A DNA stretch of 32,000 nt, taken from Microcystis aeruginosa NIES-843 (GTDB lineage Bacteria > Cyanobacteriota > Cyanobacteriia > Cyanobacteriales > Microcystaceae). Location: positions 2,940,001 through 2,972,000 of the forward strand of contig NC_010296.1 in the NCBI RefSeq assembly GCF_000010625.1, given 5' to 3'. The first letter of the stretch is position 1. Each line of letters opens with the position of its first letter. Position numbers and translations under genes: made by a program. The notes under the pieces are model-generated. The model did no database searches. It had not been told where the DNA came from and worked only from the letters and a program-made list of their open reading frames with translations. Shown one piece after another: positions 7,286-16,289 of this stretch.

Positions 7286-9337
7286 CTACACCAGACTATA
7301 GACAATTACTAAACCCAAAACTGCGGCAAAGACAATTAAAGCGTAGAATTGGGCGCGACCATTTTCGAGGTATTTGAGACCTTCACCACTGACAAGAGTA
7401 GCTAAACCAGTTAAATTCACTGCCCCATCGATAACGCGATAATCCACTTCCATAATTTGCCGTGCGAGACGACGACAACCCTGGACGAAAACTCGATCAT
7501 AGAGATTATCAATGTACCACTTGTTCAGGGAAAAACGATACAAAGCGGGGAATTTTTCGGCAATAGTTGCGGGGTCAATTTTCTTCTGGAGATACATCAA
7601 AGAAGCGACAGTAATCCCGATTAAAGCAATCCCCACCGAATTACCCGCCATAATCAGAAACTCTGTCCAATCAAAAGCATGAACTTCTTCCACCACTTCG
7701 TTAGGAACATGAATAAAACCCTCGAAGAAATTCTGCCAAGGTTTACCCACCAAACCGATTAACAAAGAGGGAACCGCCAAAATCATGAGAGGTAAAGTCA
7801 TAGTAATTGGCGATTCGTGGGGTTCATGGGCATGATGGCCGTGGTTGTCTTCTTCCTGCGCTTCCGAGTCTAATTGCTTAACATTCATTGCCCCCGGTCC
7901 AAAAGCTGGAATCGCACCCGCATTGGCTAACAGTCGGCGTTTAATCTCCTTATTAGTGCCTCTAAACTCCCCTTCAAAGGTGTTAAAGTACATCCGGAAC
8001 ATATAAAAAGCCGTTAAACCCGCAGTCCCCCAACCGATTAACCATAAAGCTGGGTTCGCCTCAAAAGCTAAACCGAGAATTTCATCCTTCGACCAGAAAC
8101 CAGCGAAAGGAGGAATCCCACAGATGGCCAGAGTTCCCACCAGGAAAGTTAGGGCGGTAATCGGCATATACTTGCGTAAACCGCCCATCATCCGCATATC
8201 TTGCGCTAAAACTGGCTCATGACCGACCACATCCTCCATACCGTGGATGACGGAACCAGAACCGAGGAACAACATCGCCTTAAAATAAGCGTGGGTCATC
8301 AGGTGGAATAACCCCGCACTATAAGCGCCGATACCCATAGCCATAACCATATAACCCAATTGGGAGATGGTGGAATAGGCTAAACCCTTTTTGATATCAT
8401 TCTGGGTAAGGGCGATACTTGCCCCTAGAAAGGCAGTAAAAGCCCCCGTCCAAGCAATTACCGTCATCGCCGTGGGAATTGGCTCAAAAACGGGATACAT
8501 TCGGGCAATCAGGAAAACTCCGGCGGCCACCATGGTGGCGGCGTGAATCAGGGCCGAAATCGGGGTCGGACCTTCCATGGCATCCGGTAGCCAGACATGA
8601 AGGGGAAATTGGGCTGATTTGGCCACGGGTCCCAGGAAGACTAAAACGGCGAATAATGCCGCTAAACTGCCGGCAATGGCTCCAGAAGAGACTAATTCCT
8701 CTAGACGTTCACCCATGATATCAAACTCGAAGCTACCAGTGGCCCAGAAAAGCCCCAGCATTCCCAGTAATAAGCCAAAATCGCCGACGCGGTTGGTAAC
8801 GAAGGCTTTTTGACAGGCCTCGGCAGCCGCCGGACGAGTGAACCAGAAACCTACTAGCAGATAGGAACACATCCCCACCAATTCCCAGAAAACGTAGATC
8901 TGGACGAGGTTGGGACTAATGACCAAACCGAGCATAGAACTGCTAAAAATGCTCAGATAGGCGTAAAAACGCACATAACCGGGGTCGTGGGCCATGTAAC
9001 CATCGGTATAAATCATCACCAAAAAGGCTACGGTGGTGACGATAACCGACATTAAAGCGCTGAGGTGATCGATCGTATAACCCATTTTCAGGTGAAAGTT
9101 ACCCGCCGATGCCCAATCGATCATTTGGTTGTAGGGAGCGTGTCCATTGATTTGACTCCACAACAGCGCAAAAGAAAGCACCATCGACGCGCCGAGGGTA
9201 GAAATGATCAATACAGCATTTGCCTGTCGCAGACGATTGGTGACTTCATTAAAGGAAATTAAGCCCGCGCCGACTAGGGTAGCGCCTACCAAAGGCAGGA
9301 CGGGAACTAGCCACGCGTACTGATAAAGCGGTTCCAT
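7286..9337 (-). CDS. ndhF: NAD(P)H-quinone oxidoreductase (NDH-1) subunit 5 / NdhF
   Basis: 683-aa polytopic ORF. The N-terminus MEPLYQYAWLVPVLPL and blocks VGDFGLLLG, KSAQFPLHVWLPDAMEGPTPISALIHAATMV and WSKDEIL are typical NuoL/NdhF. The length fits the ndhF1 type. Confidence 0.93.
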   Translation of the reverse strand: MEPLYQYAWLVPVLPLVGATLVGAGLISFNEVTNRLRQANAVLIISTLGASMVLSFALLWSQINGHAPYNQMIDWASAGNFHLKMGYTIDHLSALMSVIVTTVAFLVMIYTDGYMAHDPGYVRFYAYLSIFSSSMLGLVISPNLVQIYVFWELVGMCSYLLVGFWFTRPAAAEACQKAFVTNRVGDFGLLLGMLGLFWATGSFEFDIMGERLEELVSSGAIAGSLAALFAVLVFLGPVAKSAQFPLHVWLPDAMEGPTPISALIHAATMVAAGVFLIARMYPVFEPIPTAMTVIAWTGAFTAFLGASIALTQNDIKKGLAYSTISQLGYMVMAMGIGAYSAGLFHLMTHAYFKAMLFLGSGSVIHGMEDVVGHEPVLAQDMRMMGGLRKYMPITALTFLVGTLAICGIPPFAGFWSKDEILGLAFEANPALWLIGWGTAGLTAFYMFRMYFNTFEGEFRGTNKEIKRRLLANAGAIPAFGPGAMNVKQLDSEAQEEDNHGHHAHEPHESPITMTLPLMILAVPSLLIGLVGKPWQNFFEGFIHVPNEVVEEVHAFDWTEFLIMAGNSVGIALIGITVASLMYLQKKIDPATIAEKFPALYRFSLNKWYIDNLYDRVFVQGCRRLARQIMEVDYRVIDGAVNLTGLATLVSGEGLKYLENGRAQFYALIVFAAVLGLVIVYSLV

Positions 9338-9695
9338 TCAGTAATACCTAGTTTACAACTTCACACTATTTGGTTTATCTTCATCTATTGTGACATAGGT
9401 TAATTCTTAAGAAAGTGTTTATACCTAGTTTTGCTTAATAGGGCGGCGAAAGGTCAAAGGATCTTATCAATTTGGCAGTTTAGCGAGCGGGACGGTAATT
9501 TTTAGGGAGAAGCGGGAAAATTATCGAATAACCACGAAAGCAAGGAAACAATCAAACCAGCAGAAAAGGAAATTATCGCCACGATCGCCTCGCTGCCAAG
9601 ATAACGCGATAAAAAACTGCCTTGAATTTGGGCGATCGGTAGTCGCGGATTTAACCCCACTTGGATGCTGTTGGTATTGCCGGAAACGCTCACTT

Positions 9696-10424
9696 CTAAA
9701 CCTTGTGATGCTTCGGTAAATTGAATTTTTGGGGAAAGAAAAAGAAAATAGATAAGCCTATTGCGATGACACCCATCAGATTATCAGATTCCGGAATGGT
9801 TGCTGCTGTAGTAACAGAAACCGGAGCCTGATTAGGAGAAAAAAGCGCAAAGGTACGGGTTGCATCAATAGCGATTCCATATATATCGGGATCAATATTG
9901 TAACTTATCGTGCAAGCGCACATTCCTCCGTATTGATACATCTGCGCCAAGTGTTCCTGCCATTTACGACCTGCATAATACGATCCATAATTTCCCAGGA
10001 CAGCACCAAACAAATCAGAAGGATAAGTAAAATTGCCTTGGCTATCAATGACACTCAAACCCAAGAAGGCAGATTGTTGCGGAATAACATAATTCCCTGT
10101 GTTTTGCGTCTCACCTAAAGCAATTAAAGCGGGATAAGTCGTTGTTAGGACATTATCAATGGCATTCCGTGCCGCTTCTGCACCCTGAGCATTTAGCCAA
10201 AAGGTGGGTTGCAGATTTAAATTAGAGGGATTGCCGAATAAATTGCTAAAAGTATCCTGAACAAAATTAACATTGTAGGAATAATTATTGACGACTAGAT
10301 CTTTAATGCCGGTGATATTTCCCTGGGTGTTAAACTGAACAGTAGCCGCTTTAGCTGAGGAGAGCGTAAAGCTGAAAACTGAAGCTAAAATCGTTAAACC
10401 GAGGATTTTAGTCTGTTTAAACAT
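9696..10424 (-). CDS. Secreted hypothetical protein with PEP-CTERM-like C-terminal anchor
   Basis: Start chosen at MFKQTKILGLTILASVFSFTLSSAKA (signal peptide). The C-terminus IPESDNLMGVIAIGLSIFFFFPQKFNLPKHHKV resembles a PEP-CTERM sorting signal (P-E-x, TM, basic tail). The body has no recognised domain. Confidence 0.5.
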   Translation of the reverse strand: MFKQTKILGLTILASVFSFTLSSAKAATVQFNTQGNITGIKDLVVNNYSYNVNFVQDTFSNLFGNPSNLNLQPTFWLNAQGAEAARNAIDNVLTTTYPALIALGETQNTGNYVIPQQSAFLGLSVIDSQGNFTYPSDLFGAVLGNYGSYYAGRKWQEHLAQMYQYGGMCACTISYNIDPDIYGIAIDATRTFALFSPNQAPVSVTTAATIPESDNLMGVIAIGLSIFFFFPQKFNLPKHHKV

Positions 10425-10623
10425 GATTCTTTCTGTACTCAGGATAGTTAAAGTAACCCATCTGTTATAGCACAAAATATTCCCAGAACATTTGGCTATT
10501 AGACTTCTGGCAAAAGTAAGCTCTTGAGCTGCTATCAGATCAGAATATCTAAAATACTAGATAAATTTGACATAATCAGAGGTTATACAGATATTTTAGT
10601 CGTCTGTTGTCTTTTTTCTCCTC

Positions 10624-11367
10624 TTAGTCTCCTGTCTCCCGAAAACGAAAACTTTGTACCTCACTATTGAGCAGCTTATCCATCTGCCAACCTAACTGAG
10701 TTGGCTGCTGATAAACCTTTTTTAAAGTGTTAATATCCCGGCTAGAAATCGGTGGAATATCTCTAGTTTGAGCGAAATACATCACATCCGTCTCCAGGGG
10801 ACTATGACCCCAAATTCCCAAAGCGTGACCTAATTCGTGCCGCGCTGCCGCTAAGGCCGACCGATCGGCTAAATTAGGACTAATCTGGATACTCATCCGA
10901 TGAGTTAGGCGATTTTCCTTGACAAAAATCTCGTATTGTGTTATGGCAGAACGCACCCGGGGCAGTTCTAACTTACCCGTTTCGGGATTAAAACGGACTC
11001 CCGACGGCGGTAACTCTCGTTTAATGAGGATATCGGCCAATTCTGCCCGATTTACCAACTCCATCGGCAAATACTGCCCCCATTCAGCGATCGCCTGTTG
11101 TACCAAACTCAGCCAAGAACTGCGATCGCTCTGAAGATAAATCTTCACGGGAAATTGCGACCAAATCAACGCTCCCACGGGACTGATTTCCACAGCATCA
11201 AAATAATCCCCGGACTGGTTTTGCTCTTGCCATTGGGCTAAATTAGCGGGTAAAGGATGGGTTTTTAACTCTGGTAGCGATCGACTGTCGGCAATCAAAG
11301 AATAGGAAAACAGCAAAAGACTCGCCAAGGCTGCGAGTCCTAGAAAAGAGAACCGACCTCTTAGCAT
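10624..11367 (-). CDS. Metzincin/matrixin-like zinc metalloprotease, secreted
   Basis: N-terminal signal/TM (FLGLAALASLLLF). Zinc motif HELGHALGIWGHS, with the third His one residue later than the canonical HExxHxxGxxH, then a Met-turn candidate DVMYF. The ATG abuts the secG stop with 0-nt spacing. Confidence 0.65.
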   Translation of the reverse strand: MLRGRFSFLGLAALASLLLFSYSLIADSRSLPELKTHPLPANLAQWQEQNQSGDYFDAVEISPVGALIWSQFPVKIYLQSDRSSWLSLVQQAIAEWGQYLPMELVNRAELADILIKRELPPSGVRFNPETGKLELPRVRSAITQYEIFVKENRLTHRMSIQISPNLADRSALAAARHELGHALGIWGHSPLETDVMYFAQTRDIPPISSRDINTLKKVYQQPTQLGWQMDKLLNSEVQSFRFRETGD

Positions 11368-11607
11368 TTAGCGATTTAACCAGCCGGCGCTCAGTACAAT
11401 AGTTAGGGTGATAAATACCGTCCCCAACGCCCAAGTCACCTGATTTAAGGTTTTTTCCGCCGTTTTTGCGCTGGTAAAAATCTGTGATTGGCCGCCAATA
11501 CCGCCAATACCATCCCCTTTGGGACTGTGTAATAACACCAAAATCGCCAGAAAGGCCGCCGCCAGCGCCCAAATAATCTGTACTACCAGCACCACTGTCA
11601 TGATCAT
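11368..11607 (-). CDS. secG: Preprotein translocase subunit SecG
   Basis: 79 aa with two TM helices separated by the Gly-rich loop LLHSPKGDGIGGIGGQSQIF, which is typical of SecG. Confidence 0.85.
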   Translation of the reverse strand: MIMTVVLVVQIIWALAAAFLAILVLLHSPKGDGIGGIGGQSQIFTSAKTAEKTLNQVTWALGTVFITLTIVLSAGWLNR

Positions 11608-11636
11608 TACTCTCTATTTTCCATTACAAAGTATAG

Positions 11637-11680
11637 CAGTTATCATCAGTTATCAGTTATCAGTTATCAGTTATCAGATG
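11637..11680. repeat. STRR-like heptamer array (CAGTTAT)n
   Basis: cagttat cat cagttat cagttat cagttat cagttat cagatg, just upstream of the secG start. Confidence 0.9.
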
Positions 11681-11962
11681 TAAGTTTTAAATTTTTATGG
11701 CTCTCTCGGAAATTGGCTGAAAAATGTTCATTATCTTACATTCAAAGATGCCCTACGCCCTTTCTTCGATAAGATTTGCTGATCAGCATAACTACAAGAG
11801 AGCGGTTTTTATTGGTCATTTTTCTGCTAATTAGGGCTTGCTGAATAATGGTGAAATATAGACGAGGTAAGGGTTGTAGGGTCTTGTTTCGCGAAACAGG
11901 TGCAAGATTTTGAGAGAATCGTGCTTCCAAACCTTGCGTCTTCATCGGCCCGCGTCCTGTAG

Positions 11963-12027
11963 GGGCGAAGCATTCGGGCAATAACCTATCGGTGAAACCG
12001 GAGATTTTCTATCCGAATGCTTCGCCC
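11963..12027. repeat. Long perfect hairpin (15-bp stem), MITE-like
   Basis: gggcgaagcattcgg (11963-11977) is the exact reverse complement of ccgaatgcttcgccc (12013-12027), with a 35-nt loop. It is followed by ctttttgccgcaaaccctaattag, which is related to the MITE end. Confidence 0.8.
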
Positions 12028-12074
12028 GTACTTTTTGCCGCAAACCCTAATTAGCCAATTTTTTAATTATTTCC

Positions 12075-12106
12075 ACTGATTACCGATTACTGATTACTGA
12101 TCACTG
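12075..12106. repeat. STRR-like heptamer array (GATTACT/GATCACT)n
   Basis: cactgat taccgat tactgat tactgat cactg, ending directly at the gpmI stop codon (12107-12109). Confidence 0.9.
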
Positions 12107-13705
12107 TTAAAGCGAGATGCGGACGGGAGTGCGACTGGCTTTAATTTCCACTTCGGCCGGTTTAATCAGCGATCGCCCGGTCATTTCTACTGGGACGGGA
12201 ATAGAGAGAATTTCCAGGATAGTGGGGGCAATATCGGCTAAACGACCATCATCCCGCAGCTGCACATCGCCACCGTGGCCGGGTATTTTTCTCCCTTCCC
12301 CTTCAATTAAAATTAAAGGAACGGGATTAGTCGTGTGGGCGGTCCAAGGATTACCCGACTCATCCACCATCGTTTCCGCGTTACCGTGGTCTGCGGTGAT
12401 TAACACTGTTCCCCCCAATTTATTGACGCTACTTAACAACTTAGCCAAGCATAGATCCACCGTTTCCACTGCTTTCATGGCCGCGTCTAAAATGCCCGTA
12501 TGACCCACCATATCGGGGTTAGCGTAATTGACTACCACGAGACTATAGATCCCCTGTTCGATCGCCCCACAGACCGATGTTGTCACCGCGGCTGCCGACA
12601 TGGCCGGAGCTTGGTCATAGGTGGCGACTTTCGGACTAGGAATTAATTCGCGCACTTCTCCCTCAAAGGGTTTTTCTAATCCCCCATTAAAAAAGTAGGT
12701 GACGTGGGGATATTTTTCGGTTTCCGCACAACGAAACTGTTTTAATCCCTGTTGAGCGATCACCTGTCCTAAAATATTATTTAAATTCTGGGGAGCAAAG
12801 GCCACATCTACCGGTAATTTCGGATCGTATTGGGTGAAAGTAACAAAACTAAGCGGAGAAATTAAATCTCGATCGAAATCTTCAAAATCGGGCATAGTCA
12901 GGGCATAACATAACTGTCTAGCTCGATCGGGACGGAAATTATAGAATATCACCCCATCGCCCGCTTCGATCGCCCCCGGTGCAATTCTGGTGGGGGGAAT
13001 AAATTCATCGGTAATATTTTGATCATAAAATGCCTGTAATACTTCAGTAATCGATCGCCCGTCAATACCTTGATCACTGGTCATCACGTTATAGGCTTTT
13101 TCCACCCGATCCCAACGGCGATCCCGATCCATGGCATAATAACGGCCACTGAGAGTCACCATGCGACCGAGTTTGATTTTATTAATATGTTCTTGAATCC
13201 GTTTAATCGCCGGCATTCCGTCGGTGACATTAGTATCGCGACCATCGGTGATGACATGAATGCAGACATCGCTAATCCCTTGCACTTTCGCTAAGTCTAA
13301 TAATCCCAGTAAGTGATCGAGATGGGAATGGACTCCCCCCTCGGAACATAAACCAATCAGGTGTAATTTGCTTTTTTTGGGGCGAATCTCGGCGCAGAGT
13401 TTTAATAAAGCCTGATTTTGTTGAATCGAACCATCTTCGATCGCATCGGAAATCCGTACTAATTCTTGTGGTACAACCCGCCCCGCTCCGATATTCAGGT
13501 GGCCAACTTCCGAGTTGCCCATCTGTCCTTCTGGTAGTCCCACATCCTTAGCGGAGGTGCGGATTAAGGTGTGGGGATAAACTTCCCAGAGACTATCCAT
13601 AATCGGGGTTTTCGCCATTGCAATCGCATTATCCGACCTTTGCGGGCGATAACCCCAACCATCAAGGATAACCAGTACGACTGGGGATATAGGTGCGTGG
13701 GTCAT
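12107..13705 (-). CDS. gpmI: 2,3-bisphosphoglycerate-independent phosphoglycerate mutase
   Basis: 532 aa. VVLVILDGWG, MGNSEVGHLNIGAGR, GGVHSH, ITDGRD and ADHGNAE are iPGM signatures. Confidence 0.95.
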   Translation of the reverse strand: MTHAPISPVVLVILDGWGYRPQRSDNAIAMAKTPIMDSLWEVYPHTLIRTSAKDVGLPEGQMGNSEVGHLNIGAGRVVPQELVRISDAIEDGSIQQNQALLKLCAEIRPKKSKLHLIGLCSEGGVHSHLDHLLGLLDLAKVQGISDVCIHVITDGRDTNVTDGMPAIKRIQEHINKIKLGRMVTLSGRYYAMDRDRRWDRVEKAYNVMTSDQGIDGRSITEVLQAFYDQNITDEFIPPTRIAPGAIEAGDGVIFYNFRPDRARQLCYALTMPDFEDFDRDLISPLSFVTFTQYDPKLPVDVAFAPQNLNNILGQVIAQQGLKQFRCAETEKYPHVTYFFNGGLEKPFEGEVRELIPSPKVATYDQAPAMSAAAVTTSVCGAIEQGIYSLVVVNYANPDMVGHTGILDAAMKAVETVDLCLAKLLSSVNKLGGTVLITADHGNAETMVDESGNPWTAHTTNPVPLILIEGEGRKIPGHGGDVQLRDDGRLADIAPTILEILSIPVPVEMTGRSLIKPAEVEIKASRTPVRISL

Positions 13706-13811
13706 GATATACAGTCCTAAATTAAGAGTGGATTTCCATGCACTAAGATAATATCATCGAAACTTCCATTGATCACCGGTGTCGGGGCGATCGACCCCCT
13801 AATGTCAGCAA

Positions 13812-14789
13812 ATGATGGGTATGTCTCAAAAAAACGAAACAACTGCTTTAATAATCGCTCTTTTAGCCACTGCGGGCATTTTAGGTGGAGGTTACTTCTG
13901 GCTGCAAAGTCAATGTGCTGCGGGTCAAGAATTCTTTCTCTGTGGCAGCAGTAAAAGTCCGCAAAAATCCCCAACATCGGGAAGTGCCTCCTCTCCGCTA
14001 CCCCCTCCCCCTTCACCCCAGGGAGTGGTCAGTTTTGCCCCACCGACTTCTATCCCCAGTGGCACGACAATTCGCATTAACGGCTCTACCAGTATGGTAC
14101 AGATTAATCAAGCCTTAAAAGCCGCTTTAACGGCCAAATTTCAGGGGGTAGAGGTCTTGACAAATGCTCAAGGATCTGATAGGGGATTAGAGGAAGTGGC
14201 CCGGGGGGCGATCGATATTGCGGCGGTGTCACGACCTTTAACCGAGTCGGAACGCTCTCAGGGATTGGCTTCTAGTCCGATCGTTCGAGATGCGATCGCT
14301 ATTGTGGTGGGAGTAAAAAACCCCTTTGCAGGGGGGTTAACCACTGCCCAAGTTAAAGATATTTTTACCGGAAAAATCACCTCTTGGTCGGAGGTGGGCG
14401 GTTCTGCTGCTACTATTCAAGTGATTAATCGTCCTCCTATTAGTGGCACTTATCAAAGTTTTCGTCAGGAAGTGCTGCAAGGGGGAGAATTTGGTAGGGG
14501 AACTAATTTTAAAATGATGGATAGGGATGCCACCACCCCGATTTTGCGAGTTTTGGGACTGAATGGCATTAGTTACGCAACCTATAGCCAAATTGCCGAC
14601 CAAAAAACCGTCAGGGCGCTCGCTGTGGACGGAATTTCAGCCAGTGAACCTAATTATCCCTGGCAGCGTACCCTTTACTACGTTTACAAAGAACCTGCTA
14701 GTGAAGCAGTCAAAGCTTTTATGGGTTTTGTGTCCTCTAGTGGTGGTCAAGAAGCGATTTTTCGGGCCAATGAAGATCTACAAAAGTAG
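13812..14789 (+). CDS. PstS-family (phosphate-binding-like) periplasmic substrate-binding protein with N-terminal membrane anchor
   Basis: A TM segment (TALIIALLATAGILGGGYFWL), then a Pro/Ser linker, then INGSTSM...AAVSRPLTESE...VGVKNPFAGGLTTAQVKDIFTGKITSWSEVGG, typical of the PBP2 PstS-like fold. Confidence 0.75.
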   Translation: MMGMSQKNETTALIIALLATAGILGGGYFWLQSQCAAGQEFFLCGSSKSPQKSPTSGSASSPLPPPPSPQGVVSFAPPTSIPSGTTIRINGSTSMVQINQALKAALTAKFQGVEVLTNAQGSDRGLEEVARGAIDIAAVSRPLTESERSQGLASSPIVRDAIAIVVGVKNPFAGGLTTAQVKDIFTGKITSWSEVGGSAATIQVINRPPISGTYQSFRQEVLQGGEFGRGTNFKMMDRDATTPILRVLGLNGISYATYSQIADQKTVRALAVDGISASEPNYPWQRTLYYVYKEPASEAVKAFMGFVSSSGGQEAIFRANEDLQK

Positions 14790-14805
14790 TCGAGGAAAAC
14801 TAACT

Positions 14806-14916
14806 CAGAAGACAAAACAGGATAGACTTTTCTCTAAGTCCGATTTAGTTTGGGGGCCATGAAGGATTTATTGGCGATTTTTAGCAAGGAATTAAGCTTT
14901 TGGTTAGCGGTACTAT
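14806..14916 (+). pseudogene. Duplicated fragment of the mlaE upstream region plus first codons
   Basis: Matches the reverse complement of about 5668-5789. Blocks agaagacaaaacaggatagacttttctcta and ccatgaaggatttattggcgatttttagcaaggaattaagct are identical. A 15-nt deletion lies between TTGGTT direct repeats. Leaves a 22-codon ORF MKDLLAIFSKELSFWLAVLSSHN*. Confidence 0.85.
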
Positions 14917-14933
14917 CAAGCCATAATTAGCCA

Positions 14934-15185
14934 ATGAACAAAAAACAGAGGAAAACCTATAATGCTATTTTTGCCGATCCCATCCGTTGTAACATCGTTT
15001 GGGATGATGTCCTTAACTTAATTCAGTCATTAGGAGGTAACATTACTCAAGGCGATGGCTCAAGAGTACGATTTGACCTTAACAAAATTTCCCTCAATAT
15101 TCATTCCCCTCACCCCCAAAAAGAACTAAAAAGATACCAAATTAAAGCTCTTCGTGAATTTTTAATTAAAGCAGGAGTAAATTAA
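14934..15185 (+). CDS. hicA: HicA-family type II toxin
   Basis: 83 aa. The pattern KQRKTYNAIFADP...W.DV..L...LGG....GDGSRVRF.L......IHSPHPQKELKRYQIKALREFL matches the HicA subfamily as recalled. The stop overlaps the next ATG (TAATG). Confidence 0.75.
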   Translation: MNKKQRKTYNAIFADPIRCNIVWDDVLNLIQSLGGNITQGDGSRVRFDLNKISLNIHSPHPQKELKRYQIKALREFLIKAGVN

Positions 15186-15403
15186 TGCAATACAAAGGCT
15201 ATGAAGCTGTGATTGAATACGATGAAAGCGATCGCTTATTTTTTGGTCGTGTCATCAACATAGAAGATATTATCGTTTTTGATGGTCTTTCCGTTGATGA
15301 ACTAGAACAGGCTTTTAAAACTGTTATTGAACAATACTTAGCAGATTGTCAAACCCTTAATAAAAACCCTAATCAACCGACTTATCCCTTATCTTCTCAT
15401 TAG
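15185..15403 (+). CDS. hicB: HicB-family antitoxin, N-terminal domain only (apparently truncated)
   Basis: MQYKGYEAVIEYDESDRLFFGRVINIEDIIVFDGLSVDELEQAFKTVIEQYLADC is the HicB fold. It ends where homologs continue into an RHH DNA-binding domain. Confidence 0.7.
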   Translation: MQYKGYEAVIEYDESDRLFFGRVINIEDIIVFDGLSVDELEQAFKTVIEQYLADCQTLNKNPNQPTYPLSSH

Positions 15404-15517
15404 TTAGAAGGTGATTGCGTTTTGTGGTGAGTGATTAGGCGATCGCCTATAATAATTAGGATTATTGTCAAGTTCAGCCGCTATGACTACCACAATCAAG
15501 AAAGAAGAAACCGGTTG

Positions 15518-15619
15518 ATGACGAAAGAAATCATTCCTTTCCATCAACGACTAAATTCTAGATTAAATAAACAAAAAATTACCATATTACAAGTTAATTT
15601 AGGCAAACACTACAATTGA
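15518..15619 (+). pseudogene. N-terminal remnant of a radical-SAM (ArsS-like) gene
   Basis: MTKEIIPFHQRLNSRLNKQKITILQVNLGKHYN* resembles the N-terminus leading into the CxxxCxxC radical-SAM motif (..LQ[VI]NLGKxCN..). It stops before the motif, and no continuation exists in any frame. Confidence 0.4.
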
Positions 15620-15680
15620 TATTGTAATCATTGCCATTTATAACCGCTTCTTCGAGGTTCTTTACTCGGCAGATAATCGG

Positions 15681-15962
15681 CTATTGCGATTGATGTTTGA
15701 CGTAGGTTAGTAATACATCATTAATCAGGTCGTGATAGCTCTTTTCTTGAGCATGATTCCTAAACCACTCAAGGATTTCTGAATCCAACCTGATACTAAT
15801 TTGCTCTGTTTGTGGATTTGGTTTGACCAGTTTAGCATTCTTGAAAAATTCATCATCTAGGGGAGGAATATCTGAATAATCAATATTCTCATCGGACATT
15901 TGCATAAATTTCTCTTGTCGCTCTTTAAGAGGCATATCAAGGGAAAATTCAGGGTTGCTCAT
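15681..15962 (-). CDS. brnA: BrnA-family antitoxin (orphan, no BrnT upstream)
   Basis: Start at MSNPEF. DDEFFKNAKLVKP...ISIRLDSEILEWFRNHAQEKSYHDLINDVLLTYV matches the BrnA antitoxin pattern. No toxin-sized ORF lies in 15963-16289. Confidence 0.75.
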   Translation of the reverse strand: MSNPEFSLDMPLKERQEKFMQMSDENIDYSDIPPLDDEFFKNAKLVKPNPQTEQISIRLDSEILEWFRNHAQEKSYHDLINDVLLTYVKHQSQ

Positions 15963-16232
15963 AGCGTTTTCTCGGGAGCATCTCATTTATGCAAGTGAGT
16001 AATTATACTTATCCATAAAACTGGTTTCTAGCAAGGCTTTCAAAATAGCTTGACATAAAAACCTGATTTAGGGGTTACAAAGGTGAGATGCTCCCTTAGA
16101 GCATCGGTTTTTGAGAATTGTCTATATACAAAGTCAGCATTCATGAGGGGAACCCTGGGGCGAATTACTTCGCCCCTTTAAAAGCCCCGTCTCATCGCAC
16201 TAAGCGCTTCGGGTCTTCGCCCCGACATTTGA

Positions 16233-16263
16233 GATAAAATAAGGACGCTGCCACTTGCGTCCT
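16233..16263 (-). terminator. Candidate terminator downstream of rpsD
   Basis: The minus strand reads aggacgc-aagtggca-gcgtcct, then tattttat. The 7-bp GC-rich stem is followed by an interrupted T tract. Confidence 0.45.
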
Positions 16264-16289
16264 CAAGGTATCTGGAAAAGGCTTTTTTC

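Noticed and set aside
8479-9262. Antisense ORFs within ndhF (79, 64 and 65 aa). Similar cases occur in gpmI (12117..12503, 13070..13294), the binding-protein gene (22801..23127) and the PstS-like gene.
   Set aside because: They are shadow ORFs opposite strongly supported CDSs, with no independent signals.
9502-9693. 63-aa GTG-start ORF immediately downstream of the PEP-CTERM-like protein
   Set aside because: It has one hydrophobic C-terminal segment but no recognisable family and a weak start. It could be real but cannot be supported from sequence alone.
11637-11680. Regularly spaced short repeats considered as possible CRISPR arrays (also 12075, 17091, 18352, 22185, 23906, 27963, 29614)
   Set aside because: The units are 7-8 nt and strictly tandem, with no unique spacers and no cas genes. 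These are STRR-type microsatellites, not CRISPR.
11742-11981. 79-aa ORF between secG and gpmI
   Set aside because: It overlaps one arm of the hairpin repeat and has no recognisable domain or start context. It is probably noncoding MITE-like DNA.
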